Assembly (NCBI GenBank): GCA_965655095.1
Contig: OZ296648.1
Span: 177,320,001-177,384,000, forward strand
Source of the DNA: Haplodiscus bocki
Lineage: Eukaryota
Length of the DNA: 64,000 nt
Direction: 5' to 3'
Shown here: positions 46,809 through 58,266 of the stretch, in pieces
How positions within the stretch are numbered: the stretch's first letter is position 1
Layout of the letters: every line of letters starts with the position of its first letter
Made by a program: the position numbers and the translations under genes
The notes under the pieces: generated by a model
Databases searched by the model: none
Told to the model about the DNA's origin: nothing
What the model saw: only the letters and a program-made list of their open reading frames with translations

Positions 46809-47405
46809 ATGGAACAGCCCGAAGAATTCTACGAGGAAGTTTCAGACGATGATGTTCAAGAAGTCCAGCCAGCGCAGGTGGCAGTCGTAGCACCGCTAAA
46901 TGTGGAGGTGCCGGAGATTCCGGAGAATCCGGAGTCTCCGTCACCTCAGCCTTCTCCCGTCTCTCTGCATCCGTCTCCCGCCTCCTCCGGTGGGTCGTCC
47001 CCTGTTGGTGGGCCTCCTGTTCCCCCGCCTCCTGGGTCCCCTAGGGAGGATGCCACGTCGTTCATGGGTTTTTACACCCATGAAGACGTGGTAGAACTTG
47101 AACAGTGGACGGTGGACGCGAGGGCCGCCAGAAGGGATCCGGCGGCTCGTATAGAGGAGCCCGAGGTGTCACCGAATTTAAAACTATATCTACGCTATGT
47201 ATATGGGACACAGTGGGAAGTTAAATTAATTCGTGAATCGGGGGAGGTTTTAATTGAACAATTAAAAGCTTATTTAGCAGGGTATAATCAATTAATCAGT
47301 TTCAACCGTCGGCAGTGGCTCCGACTGTTTCCTGCCTGGACTGCCCAAGAAAGGCGGGTGCAGTTGGGGGCACTCGCCGACGCGGGGGGATTTTGGGTTA
47401 TTTAG
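46809..47405 (+). CDS. Antisense accessory ORF, 198 aa (acidic/Pro-rich N-terminus, helical C-terminus)
   Basis: ATG-initiated, GC-rich, does not overlap gag/pol/env; TTGTAG acceptor-like site 1 nt before the ATG. Confidence 0.6.
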   Translation: MEQPEEFYEEVSDDDVQEVQPAQVAVVAPLNVEVPEIPENPESPSPQPSPVSLHPSPASSGGSSPVGGPPVPPPPGSPREDATSFMGFYTHEDVVELEQWTVDARAARRDPAARIEEPEVSPNLKLYLRYVYGTQWEVKLIRESGEVLIEQLKAYLAGYNQLISFNRRQWLRLFPAWTAQERRVQLGALADAGGFWVI

Positions 47406-47517
47406 GGCCTCGGGCCCTTCTTGCGGGTCGTCGGTCGTTCTCAGCCGGCGGCCCTTTTGTATGTCCAGTGCCGTCCTTGTGGTAAAAATCATGGAGTTGC
47501 ATAATACATAAAAGTAT

Positions 47518-47940
47518 TCAGGAAAAGTAAGTTGAATCGTCAGAGTAAATTGCAGAGGTCGAACAGTCGATTGAATGGACTGATTCTTCATCTGAGGAAT
47601 GTTCGTAACCAATATAATCGAAAATATGGGAGTGAAAACGTGTAGGGAGGTAGGCGAGTAATTCTTCGAGGAGAGGGTCTGTAGTTGTAAGAGAATGATA
47701 GCAAAGAAGATCGTACAAGCTAGCCATTGCTTTAGAGCCGAAATGAACTTGAAGGTTACTTTTATTGGTAAAGGGAAGACCAGGGTTAATAGGGGATTTT
47801 TGGGAGAGGCAGACACGGACTATATGAGTAGCATAGTTCCAGTAAACTTTGTTGAGAAGTGCCAAATCAAAGTTCAGTCCGTGCCATTCAGAAGGAACAT
47901 GCCATACACAGTTAGGATAAATTTTGTGGCATTTAGGCAT
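47518..47940 (-). CDS. Accessory ORF, 140 aa, acidic Ser-rich tail
   Basis: ATG preceded by pyrimidine tract and acceptor TTCCCTACTTTATTCCAG|ATAACC; lies just downstream of pol. Confidence 0.55.
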   Translation of the reverse strand: MPKCHKIYPNCVWHVPSEWHGLNFDLALLNKVYWNYATHIVRVCLSQKSPINPGLPFTNKSNLQVHFGSKAMASLYDLLCYHSLTTTDPLLEELLAYLPTRFHSHIFDYIGYEHSSDEESVHSIDCSTSAIYSDDSTYFS

Positions 47941-50900
47941 GGTTATCTGGAATAAAGTAGGGAAGTATAAAGCATATAATAAAGCTCATGAGGTATAAAT
48001 ATCAGAATTGTCATAAAAGAGATCATATAAAAAGTGAAAAATTAGAGTTTATAGCCTTGTCGAGTGCGCGTTTGGAGTACCGATTGTGAATCGGGATGAT
48101 CGGGCTGAAAGCGATTGTATTTTGGCTCTTTGGTTTTTGATTTCCGACTTTTTTCGATGAACTGTTGAATAGGAGTTAATGATCTGCTAGGAGGAGGCAT
48201 TCGTGAAGTTGATGGTATAAGAGGCGACTGCGAATGATCAGGTGTTATTGGCATTGCCGGGGAAGGGAAATGAGGAGAGTTAACTCCAGAATCACTACTA
48301 GTATTACTGACTCGTTTCGATGAGAGTGTAACCGGAGCAGTACGGAGAGGTTCAATAGGAAATGGGAGAGAGTCTTCCATGCTGGATTGTTCGGGGTTGT
48401 TTATCTTCTGAATGCGTTGTTCCATGAATCGTTCGTAGAAGTCATCCTGACGGCGGTCCATAGGCACATATTCCTCAATCATCGGAGGTAGAGTTTCCTC
48501 TTTAGAATAGTATTCGACTAGGTGATTTCGATGGACTGTTTTAAGAATCGTAGGATCCTTATCATCTTGGATTTGGTAAGTTGTGTTAGTTATTCGTTTC
48601 GTAACTGTAAAGGGTCCAAGTCGTCTTTGTTGAAGTTTCTGGCTCTTGGAAAGATCTTGGCGATGATTTTTGTAGAGAATTTCTTGTCCTATCTCTTAGT
48701 GTTGTCCCAGTTTGAATCGATTTCTGTAGGCATGGGATCTGGCTGTTTGTTCACGACATCTTTCGAAAGTAGCAGAGTAGATTCTTTTGAAGGCGCGTTC
48801 TCGTTCTAGGAGTGCATGTGAGAGTTGTGGTCGCAGGAGATTGTCTAATAACTGACTTTTTAAGTTGTTCTCACTATGTGAATGAGGTGGTAGGTCCTTG
48901 CAGAAATCAGAACAGCAAAGTTTGTGTTTGTTGCGGTAAAGTCCAAGTTTCAGATACATAGGAATCTGAGGTTTGGTATCGAAAACAATTTCATAAGGGG
49001 TCTTTCCAGTTGTATACTTATCACTTGTATTATGTGCAAAAGCAAATTTAGGAGCTAGTAAAGACCAATTGTTCCCAGCATCGTTCAAGAAGTTTCGCCA
49101 ATAACGGGCGACGTGTTGGTTTTGAGTTTCAATTTTGCCATTAGTCCAAGGCGAATGTGCTGTTCTAGGTCGTAAAGTGATTCCTAATTCTTTTGTCCAG
49201 TTAACGAATTCGGTATTGATGAATGCCGTGCCTCGGTCATGCACAATAGATTGAGGAATTCCGAATGAATGAATCCATTTCTCCACGGCAGAAATCGTAG
49301 TCTGAGCACCAGTGTTAGCAACTGGATAGACCATCAAGAACCGGGAGAATGCATCAATAACCAGGAGACAATGAAGGTTTCGATTACTTGGTGGGTGAAG
49401 AGGTCCCTTGTGATCTATGTGAATTGTTCGGAACGGAACAGTCTCGTTTTGCCATTCTTCTAGGGGTACTTCGTTCCTGTGTTTAGGCTTTGGTTTGTTG
49501 TTCTGGCAGGTGAGGCAATCAGCGGTAAGCGCACATATCCAATCAAACATACCGGACCAGTAGTAGAATCGTTTTGCATTGTTATAGGTTTTGGCGGATC
49601 CCATGTGTCCACCCATTTCATTGTAATGTCCAAGTCTGAAGCATGCTAAGAATAGGGATAGGGGTAGGCAAATTCGTAGGTTTTCATCATCTAATTTGTC
49701 AGTAGGTTCGTTGTAGCATAAGAGTTGTCCTTCTTCCTCGATTAAGAGTCGATCGAATTCTTGGCAATATCGAAGTAATCCCTTAGATTGTTGAAAATCG
49801 GGTGATTTTGCTTCGGGCGAGATGCTCTTACGGAGCCAAGAACGGACAGTGCCAAGCACTGGATCTTTAATCTGCTCGGCTAAGATTGTAGAAACGTCAA
49901 GATTAACTGTCTTAGCAACATCATCTAGTTTAGCAATTAGAGATTTAGTGTCCAAATGCGGCGCCTCAGTAGCTGTGAGTAGTTTCTTGGCTAGGGAAGC
50001 GTCTATTTTTCCCAAGATTGCGTCATGGGCTGCTTTAGCTTTGCACAGTCTGGAGTGGTCGGTGTGTGTGTTTATTTCACATATTAGGTTGTCCTCCTCG
50101 TCACTGGCAGTGGCGTCGTTCTCGACATCATGGGTCTCGTCGAATGCATTATCGTCTCCGTTAGTGTTCAGTGAATTGATCGCACTGTATGTGGGTTCGG
50201 AGTCTTCTATGGAGCTCAAGGATTGCGTTGAGGGTAGACATAGACGTCGGAATTGGTTGATTGTTCTGCCCAGTCGGAAACAATCCGTTGCAGATTGTAT
50301 TGTTGTTGAAGGAAACTCGTTACTAAGACTATTTAATGTGAAGGTTTCACCATCATTATGCAATCGGAGAACCTTGTTGTCGTTTCCTTGTTGGCAGTGC
50401 ATTGGGTAGAAATCGTTGCAAGTGTCGTTAGGATTATCATCGTGTTGTATTCGGTAGGTCACCGGAGAGCCACGTTCGTCATAGAATTCTATGTCTCTAG
50501 GTATTTTCTTGTGTTGTAGCTGATGTTTCTGGTATTCTTCCACCGTCACGTTTCGACTTAGAATATCCGGTAAAACAAGATTTGATCCTGGAGTCCAGAT
50601 AATCTTGAGATTTTGGAATTTAGTTATGATTACTTGATACCTGAAGAACCGATGCGATAGTTGTCCTTTTCTTCCCCATAGATACAGAATCGGTTTGTGA
50701 TCACAATATAAGTATATAGGGAAAGGAGATCCAATGATATAGTGTTCATAAGTTTGTAAAGCGGAGACTATTCCACAAAGTTCCCGATGCAGGGTAGACA
50801 TTTTCTGTTCTGCTTTGTCCAAGATTCTAGAATTGAAAGAGATTATTCGTTTTCCTTCAGGGAACTGTTGGATTAGGATGCAACCAGTTCCAACGTTTGA

Positions 50901-52244
50901 TGAATCCACATGAATGTGAAAGGGATATTCAGTAGAGGGTACAGCAAGAATAGTGTCTTCGCTAATCCTGTCCTTGATGGTTTGGAATAATTTTTCGTGC
51001 TCATGTGTCCAGTGGAAAGGAGTCGAGTCCTTAATCAAGTCGCAGAAGGGCTGACTGTCCACATGAAGGTTCCTAATATAACAACTCTAGAACCCTAGGC
51101 ATCCAAGAACTTTCATGACATCTCGTATACTTTCTAGTGATTTGAGGTTTTTCAAGTCTTTTACTCGTTTTGCAATAGGTTGAATTCCTTCTGGTGATAT
51201 AACGTGACCAAGAAATTTAACTTTCTTTAGGAAGAAGAACATTTTGTCGGGTGCTGCTTTAAGACCTGCTTTCCTAAGAAGAGTATGGAACTCGTTGATT
51301 ACTGTGAATATTTCGTTCTTGTTTTGTGATTGCAATATGGTATCGTCGATGTAAGTGATTGCTTGTTTTTCTTGATGAGGGGGTCGAAATGTATTGTCAT
51401 TAGCCGACTGAAGAAGTTTGGAAGTCCGCATAAGCCATAGAACCCACGTGTGTAGGTGTACTGTTTCCCACACCACCAGTTGGATTATGAAACTGGTTAG
51501 CTTTTGTGTGTCTGGGCTCAATGGAACTTGATGATAGGCACAGGAGAGATCACTTACTGAGAAGACTTTGCCATTGACCCGAGTGATGATCATCTGCACT
51601 GGTTCTTAGGGCCAGGAATAGATCGTAAGATCTGTCACTGAATTAAGATATCTCGCATCAATCACTAACTTCACATAGTCGTGCTTAGGCATTAAGATGA
51701 TTGGGTTAACAAATAACGATCCCATCTCGTCGTCGTCACCCATTTCACGAATGATATCTGCGTCTTTTAGTTGTGTGAGTAGCTTTTCTAGCTTTTCTTT
51801 CAAGTGTAGGGGGATTTTGCTAGGTCGTTGTCGTTTCAATTCCACATTAGGTTTTAGTGTGACATTGAAATTCTGACGGGTTTTGCCCACATCGAATTTA
51901 TGATGAGAATAAACGTCTCGCGCGTCAACTAACATATCAATCAGGAGTACCATTTCTTCGTCGGTAATGTCCGAGTACTGGAAGTCGAATTCTTTAACGT
52001 AGTTTATGAGTTCTTTTGGCTGATATTGAAGATAGTGATCAATGAGTCGGTGGCTGTGATCTTTCTCACGGAGGATTGGAAATTGCTCGTCACATGTTGG
52101 CTGACAGGATTTAGAGTCTTTAGTAAAGTCTGTTTCTAACTCGTGGTTTTCTAGGAGAAATTCTTCACTGTATCGTTCTATCTCGTCGTCTGCATAGAAC
52201 TCAGCATCGCCTTCAGCGGACAACGCGTGAACTCCACTTTCCTC

Positions 52245-52670
52245 GAGAGTGTAGACTACGATTTGCACTTCAGCATAAGCAAAGATGTCTCGAAGTAGCT
52301 TTACAACCTCTTGCCAATTCATTTGATCTAGTCCACAACCAAGTTTGGGTATAGCAATAGTGGAGACACCATTTGTACTAGCATGAATCTTCATTGCTTC
52401 TAATGTTTTAGACAGTGTTGGTAGATTAGGTTTGTCGCAGAACCTTTCTTTAGTCACTAAGTTGTAGATGTAGCGTTTTCCTGTTGAGTCCCAAAAAGGG
52501 TAGACTTGTCCCATGAAGAGTTTTGGTTTTCGGCATGTTGATCTAAGACCAGGAATTCTATGGGATAGGAAATCTGCGAAGCCTTTACTCATTCGGGCAT
52601 CCGCCGATATGCAGTGTCCAATCTAATTAGGTTGTAGGAGAATTGAATCTTCCGTGCCATAGATGATTTG
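52245..52670 (-). other. TARG1/OARD1-type macrodomain inside Element 2 Pol, between protease and RT
   Basis: IGHCISADARMSKGFA...YIYNLVTKERFCDKP...TLEAMKIH...IAIPKLGCGLDQMNWQEV...IVVYTL. Confidence 0.9.
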
Positions 52671-53548
52671 TAAAAATTCGTCACTGTTCTGGGCTGGAAC
52701 CGTTGAATGTAAGAGAAAGCAGTCATTGTATCGTTCATCAGTAGAGACGACAGCATTTGTTAACTCATAAGGACTTCGTATTTGATATTTGGGTTCTTCT
52801 TGATCAACCACGTCAAGAGAAGAGAATCCGATCCGTCCCTTTGGTAGCGTTATCTGATGATTCTTGTTGTTTTCCATCAGTATTGGAAGATTACATTCGG
52901 ATCTGGTACATAAAGTGTTTATAAAAGACAGGCCAGTAGCCACAGCAGTTCGATTCGGCTGAAAAGTAGAGCCTGGTGGGAAGTGTATATGGGGATCCGT
53001 AGGCGAATATTTCCAGCAACGGGCACTTTTAGCATCAATATACTTTGTATAAGGGGTTCTAATAGTTAAGGTTTGCGACAGATGGGGATAGGATTTATTT
53101 TGGTGGAAACTGCCATAACAGATTGACTTTGGAGGATTTTTAATTTCAATCCCAGGCAGATCAAAATCAATTCCAGAAACCTGTTTTTGGCAGAAGTCCA
53201 TGCCAAGGAGATTTTGAGTCCTCATCTCAGTGATCCACACTGTTAGCGGGAAGATAAATTGTCCATCTGGATCATAACTAAAAGTGATAGTCGCATGGCC
53301 GATCATTGGAACTGTTTGTCCCGAGTAAGTCTTTGTTATTTTGGTAATTTTTTGTATAGTGATTGGGTGCTGTAACTGGCAAATTTCCCAAAAAGTTCGG
53401 TAATTGGTGATAGAGCAAGAAGCTCCTGTGTCTAACATGAATTCGATCTCTAAACCACTTTCTTTTTGAGTGTCTCCGGTGGCGAAGTGGAAGATATTGA
53501 GGCTAAGTCTTGAATTTCTAGATTTGTCGGTGTTTGAGTTCGGAGACC

Positions 53549-54989
53549 TTAGTAGTTTAACGGGCAAAGGTCCGATATTTCGTTAACCGTATCATCTGTT
53601 GTTGTGAAACGGACCACATTAGATGATGTTTGATTATTGTTCTGCGGAAATTTTTGTTCGTAGGGCGTAAAACTAGTCGTTGGTCGATTGTCAGATCTAC
53701 GGAACGCAGAGTTATTAGGTTGATCACTTCCTGGTTGGCGATAGGAGTTATTCTGTGAAAAGTCTCTTCTTTGAGTCGATGGTGAACGAGAAAAGTTTGC
53801 ATTTGGTCGCCAGTTCCCATTCGAGTTATTGAAAGATCCATTTCGAGATCGAGTTCCATCGTTTGTATTAAATGACTGATTTCGACGTTGATCAAAGGAT
53901 CTCCCATTGTCTGGGCGATTATTTCCTTATGGGAAGTGTGGTCTCGGAGAGAAATTCTGGTTTTTATTGGGGGGAATTTCTCTTAAATCCATCGTTATTA
54001 TAGTTGTTATTTCTTCTTCGGAAATCCTGACCTCTGGTCCATTGTTGCGATTCATGGTCTGGTCCTCGTTTCTTGTTGTAATCTTGAGTAAAAGTGACTT
54101 TTTTGTCGGCAGTTCTTTCATTCTCAAATCTTTTCAATTCTTCATCTCGTATCTTCTTGCGGCACCAGCTTGGGGTATGTCCGTTTGTGCGGCAAAAGTT
54201 GCAAAATCGTGTTGCATTCTGTCTTCCCTTCTGATTTGGGTCTACTGTTCGAGAATTTCCTTCTACAGCATTGACTCGGTGTTCTAGCAGCTCTGATCTT
54301 AGGTTCTTCATCTCTTGGCCCAACGTGGCCATCTGAGCCTTGGTTTGTTCTTCGTCATTTAAAAAGTTGGAAGAAACTTGAAATGATATATCTTTTTGTA
54401 TTATTCTGGCAGAAAAATCGTTCCACGTAGCATTTGGGTTTTCCATCAGATATTCCTGTGCCTTTCGTTGTAAGTATTTCGGTCTAAGTCCCTTTAGTGA
54501 GTAGTCGATGTATCTCTGTCTTCTTTGTCGTCCTTGAGCTGCACGTTCTTCGCCGTGTTGAGCAGCCTCAACACCGTTCATATCGTCGGGCCAACCTTTA
54601 TCCACAGTTCTCTTGATACGGTGTAAGAAGTTTCGGATTTCTTCTCCGTCTCCTCTAATGCAATGTTCCACTTCCATTCGGTATCGGAATTTGTTTCGTC
54701 CGTCTGAGAATCTGGTGATGAAGTTCGTTCGGACGTCGTCCCAGGCTGTTGCGTTGGTAATATTGCTTTCGTACCACTCAGCGGCTGGTCCTCGGAGTAA
54801 AGAGGAAAACAGCGCTTTCTTCCTGAAGGTGTAGTTTGCAAGTTCACTAAAGTCTCCAGGTGCGTCTCCAAGAGCAAAGTTGATTCTTCGTTCATTTAAT
54901 TGGATAAAGGATTCGGCGTCCTGATCGGGGTCTGTGCCAGAGAGTTTGTCGATGGCTAGATCAGGATACGCGAGGTGAGTATTGGCCAT
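53549..54989 (-). pseudogene. gag: Gag (one frameshift near 53964 and a stop at 53927)
   Basis: LLRGPAAEWY gag core; knuckle CNFCRTNGHTPSWC; N/R-rich tail ending DLCPLNY* at 53549. Confidence 0.88.
53555..53561 (-). promoter_or_regulatory. Putative -1 slippery site G TTA AAC (gag-pol)
   Basis: gag reads CCG TTA AAC TAC TAA; the -1 frame reads PVKLLRSP, the start of pol. Confidence 0.65.
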
Positions 54990-55005
54990 TGTGGGAGTTG
55001 TATTG

Positions 55006-55347
55006 TCAAACCAGGGAGTCTAATAGTTCTCCAAGAATATGAAGTTGGTAGGAGTTTATGTGGGGTTCGGGAGAATCTTCGTATTCGTCGAGAACTTCTG
55101 ATAGAGATTCAAGTAACGGGTTATTTTTATTAATATCTATTTGTTTCGAGATATTGGGGTTTCCTTCTGGGTGGGCAGTTACTCTGATCCAAAAATCATA
55201 GTTGAAGGTCCATTTTATGCATGTAATGACAACTGTTAAGGTTTCGTTTCCAGAAGTGATGGTCCACAGGCAATTCAGTGGAATATGCTGGCATTCATCG
55301 TCTATGTCATTCCAATTCGGAGGAAGATTCTCAGATTTCTGTGGCAT
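55006..55347 (-). CDS. Pre-gag ORF, 113 aa, unknown function
   Basis: ATG-initiated, globular-looking composition, ends 16 nt before the gag ATG. Confidence 0.5.
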   Translation of the reverse strand: MPQKSENLPPNWNDIDDECQHIPLNCLWTITSGNETLTVVITCIKWTFNYDFWIRVTAHPEGNPNISKQIDINKNNPLLESLSEVLDEYEDSPEPHINSYQLHILGELLDSLV

Positions 55348-55713
55348 TTACAATTTATTCTAATTTAACACGAGTATTGAGATTTGGGAAAGGAATTATA
55401 ACTTTAAGAATCAATTTTCAGAGGTTCGGTTGCGAATAATTTTCTCCAATTCAAAAACTGCTAGGAGATAGGTAGGTGTTAGAAGTAGGGCGATAACAGC
55501 AATCAAGAAAAAACATAGCGCCAGAATCAAATCAGTTCTCAATTGAAACTTTTATACTGCAGAAACTCGAGAATTACTGGATGAGAGTATTCTAATCAAG
55601 GCAAATGTTAGAATTCCCAGAGATATAAGAAGATTAAACGTTACAAAAGGAAAAATAAAGAGAAGCATTTAGCGCCGCACAATATCTAGCAAATCGCTCA
55701 AAAAAATTTAAAT

Positions 55714-55734
55714 CGAGCCTCACTGGTTGCACCA
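55714..55734 (-). promoter_or_regulatory. Primer binding site of Element 2 (tRNA-Ile(UAU)/elongator-Met-like)
   Basis: TGGTGCAACCAGTGAGGCTCG lies 3 nt after the LTR CA. The + strand reads CGAGCCTCACTGGTTGCA-CCA, like a tRNA 3' end. Confidence 0.8.
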
Positions 55735-55737
55735 GTT

Positions 55738-58266
55738 TGTCGCGAGGGGTAGGGGGAATTATTGCTATGCTACTACGAGCATGCGGAAAGTAGAATCAAT
55801 ACTTGAATTTAATATTCTTTCTCGCTCTAATTTTCTTTCTCGCTTAGTGCGGCAGGTTATTAGTGTTGCTTCTGTTGTCTAGATCAATACAGCGGCGGCG
55901 CCGCGGCGATTGTTTCGTCTAATGAAAATAAATCTCAGGGGCTTTTATCGATCTACTTTCAGGTGCCTTGCAGGCCTCGCGAACAAAGATTGCGTAAGTT
56001 CAAAGCAAGGACTTTATGAGCGATGAGGGGAAAATAGGAAATGAAATAATCAATTATTCAGTCAGCCGGGGGAACAAATATAATTAAATGGAAAATGAAA
56101 GGGGACTGCGCTAATGGAAACTGAATCATATAGTAGCAAAAGTGGGAGCAGAGTAAATTTCAGTCTCCATATAAAGTGTTTACAGCAGCCAGCAGAAAAT
56201 TTTGTTATTTTTAAAATCACCGAGAATTTATTCCCTTCAAAAGAATTACGATTATCGTCCCGTTGTAAATATTCCCTTCATTTATAAAATTCATCAGTTC
56301 AGCTGAAACTCGAAAACGTAATATTCAAGAAAAATTAAGATGGAAAACGCTGATAACACAACGAATATCTGATAATCTATTAAAAAATTGAATGTTTACA
56401 AAATCATTAGTAGAAATAAAATTAGCAAAGCAGTTTCCAATAACTTACGAATTTCATATGACAAAAATATAAGATGTCTTTTACAAAACTCTCAATACTA
56501 TTTGAGATAAATTTCGGAGGTAAATTAACGTCTAGTAGTTTTTTTTTCTTTAGGCCAGATAGGAGACCTTTGTTCTCCTATTGTTCTGGGCCTGTTTTCT
56601 GAGGGAGTTTTTGGCTTTTTGTTGGTTTTATTTTATTAATTAACGTTATGTTATATATAACCTTTTGTATTTTGGTCTACACTCAGTACTGGCTTCGGCA
56701 CAGTAACTGGTTGTGATCCTATTTTCCCGATCGTCCAAACCGTGAATAAATCACCGGATTTATTGGCGGGATTTGATTTGTTTTAAGCTTTGTCAATTTT
56801 GGTCTACACTCAGTACTTGCGTCAGCACAGTAACTGGTTGTGGTCCTAGTTTCCCGATTGTCCGAACCGTGAAAAAATCACCGAATTTAGTGGCGGGGTT
56901 TCGATTTGTTTTGAATTTTGTCTATAACTCAGGCAAAAGCTCGCTTTTAGCGGCAACCTGGTGATATTCTCCTAGTTCCCTTTCTTTCCAACCGAGAGCT
57001 TTGTCTAGCGGATGTTACGGAAGGAATTTATAAAGATTAGAACTGATCAGAGAGATATACTCAGTCTGAACTAGGAAACTTATTGACTTACGGTTACCGT
57101 TGATGGAGTTTGATGATCTATTGATAACTCTGGGACTCTCCTCTGGGAAATCTGACTTGCGCGGAAAACGAATGGGAATTTTCGAATCAATACAAGGAAT
57201 GGAATTGTTTGAATCAAGAATGGACGGTTTCTGCGTATTTAAACCGTAAATCGGAATTTAGAATAAATTCTAAAGACCACGGTAGCAGACGAGGTGAGAA
57301 TGGTCTATGAGTAATGTCAATTCTCTTTGCCTAAGAACCTCGTGGGGGGTCGTGCATATTTAAGATCCACTCATGCTTCAGAACTAAGTTCATCCACGGA
57401 ACCCGCACACGCCAATGCCGAAGCTAGCGTCAGTGGACACCGTTTAGACTCCGATGGCAAGAGTATGTAATAGGTAAGCAGGGAAGAGGGAATTTTTCTA
57501 AGTCAAGAAAAGAATGGGACTTAGAATATTTTTGTAGAATTGAGCTGGTTTTGCGATTAAGACGGAAATTGGAACTGTCTTAGAATATTTTTGTAGAATT
57601 GAATTGCTTTCGCGACTAAGACAGAAATTAGAATTGTCTTAGAATATTTTTGTAGGATTGGAATTGGACTTAGAATATTTTTGTCCAAGAAGAGGAGAGA
57701 AGAGAGAAATTGGACTTAGAAAATTTTTGTCCAAGAAGAGGAGAGAAGAGAGAAATTGGACTGAGAAAATTTTTGTCCAAAGAGGTAAAAGGGAGAAGGG
57801 AGTTGGACTTAGAATAAATTTGTCCAAGTAAAAGGGAGAAGTAGAGTAAAGTAAGCAAGTCAGAAGAGGAGTAAGAAGTCCCGTCCGCTTGAGCGGGAAA
57901 GCGAGTTATGATCAGGTCCGTTTCCCAGATCGACCCCAAAATAACATCATGCTGCCGTTTCATGCAACCAATAAGAAAAAAGCTTGTAGCAGCTATGGAA
58001 CCAATAAGAAAAAGGCTTGTAGCAGCCATGGATTTTTGCTTGTAGCAGCAGGAGCCAATAAGAAAAAGGCTCGTGTTAGAAATTTTTTTATAAAAACTAT
58101 TTATGCAACTTCAACGGTTTCTTTATTTCTTCAGCTTTTTTCTATTCTTCAATTCGTTAACGGCCCCCATATTTATCGACAGCCGCTCAAGAAGGTTAGC
58201 TTTAATTAATTAATTAATTATGTTTCCATTAATTAACGTTTAAGCGTTATGTGTAACGCGATAACT
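55738..58266 (-). repeat. Element 2 5' LTR
   Basis: Direct repeat of 38119-40646; minus strand reads AGTTATCGCG...CGCGACA. Confidence 0.96.

Larger units (their letters stand above)
48042..53567 (-). pseudogene. pol: Pol: protease - macrodomain - RT - RNase H - linker - integrase - tail; several stops and compensating frameshifts
   Basis: PR MLDTGAS; RT ITYIDD; RNase H HVDSSNVG..HRELCG; integrase GHMG..CLTC, IHIDHKGP/VHDRG/KIETQN, GPF. Five ORF pieces share one frame, with stops at 52623, 51606, 51087 and 48696. Confidence 0.94.
38119..58266 (-). mobile_element. Element 2: full-length complex env-bearing Ty3/gypsy-type LTR retroelement, 20.1 kb, within a CA8 intron
   Basis: ~2.53-kb direct repeats, PBS, gag-pol(PR-macro-RT-RH-IN), accessory ORFs, env, and a TRAF-like ORF. 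Confidence 0.96.

Noticed and set aside
49822-50409. 195-aa antisense ORF over pol (and similar shadows at 5111-5464, 13563-14126, 47292-47816)
   Set aside because: Opposite-strand shadows of real coding regions with no independent signals.
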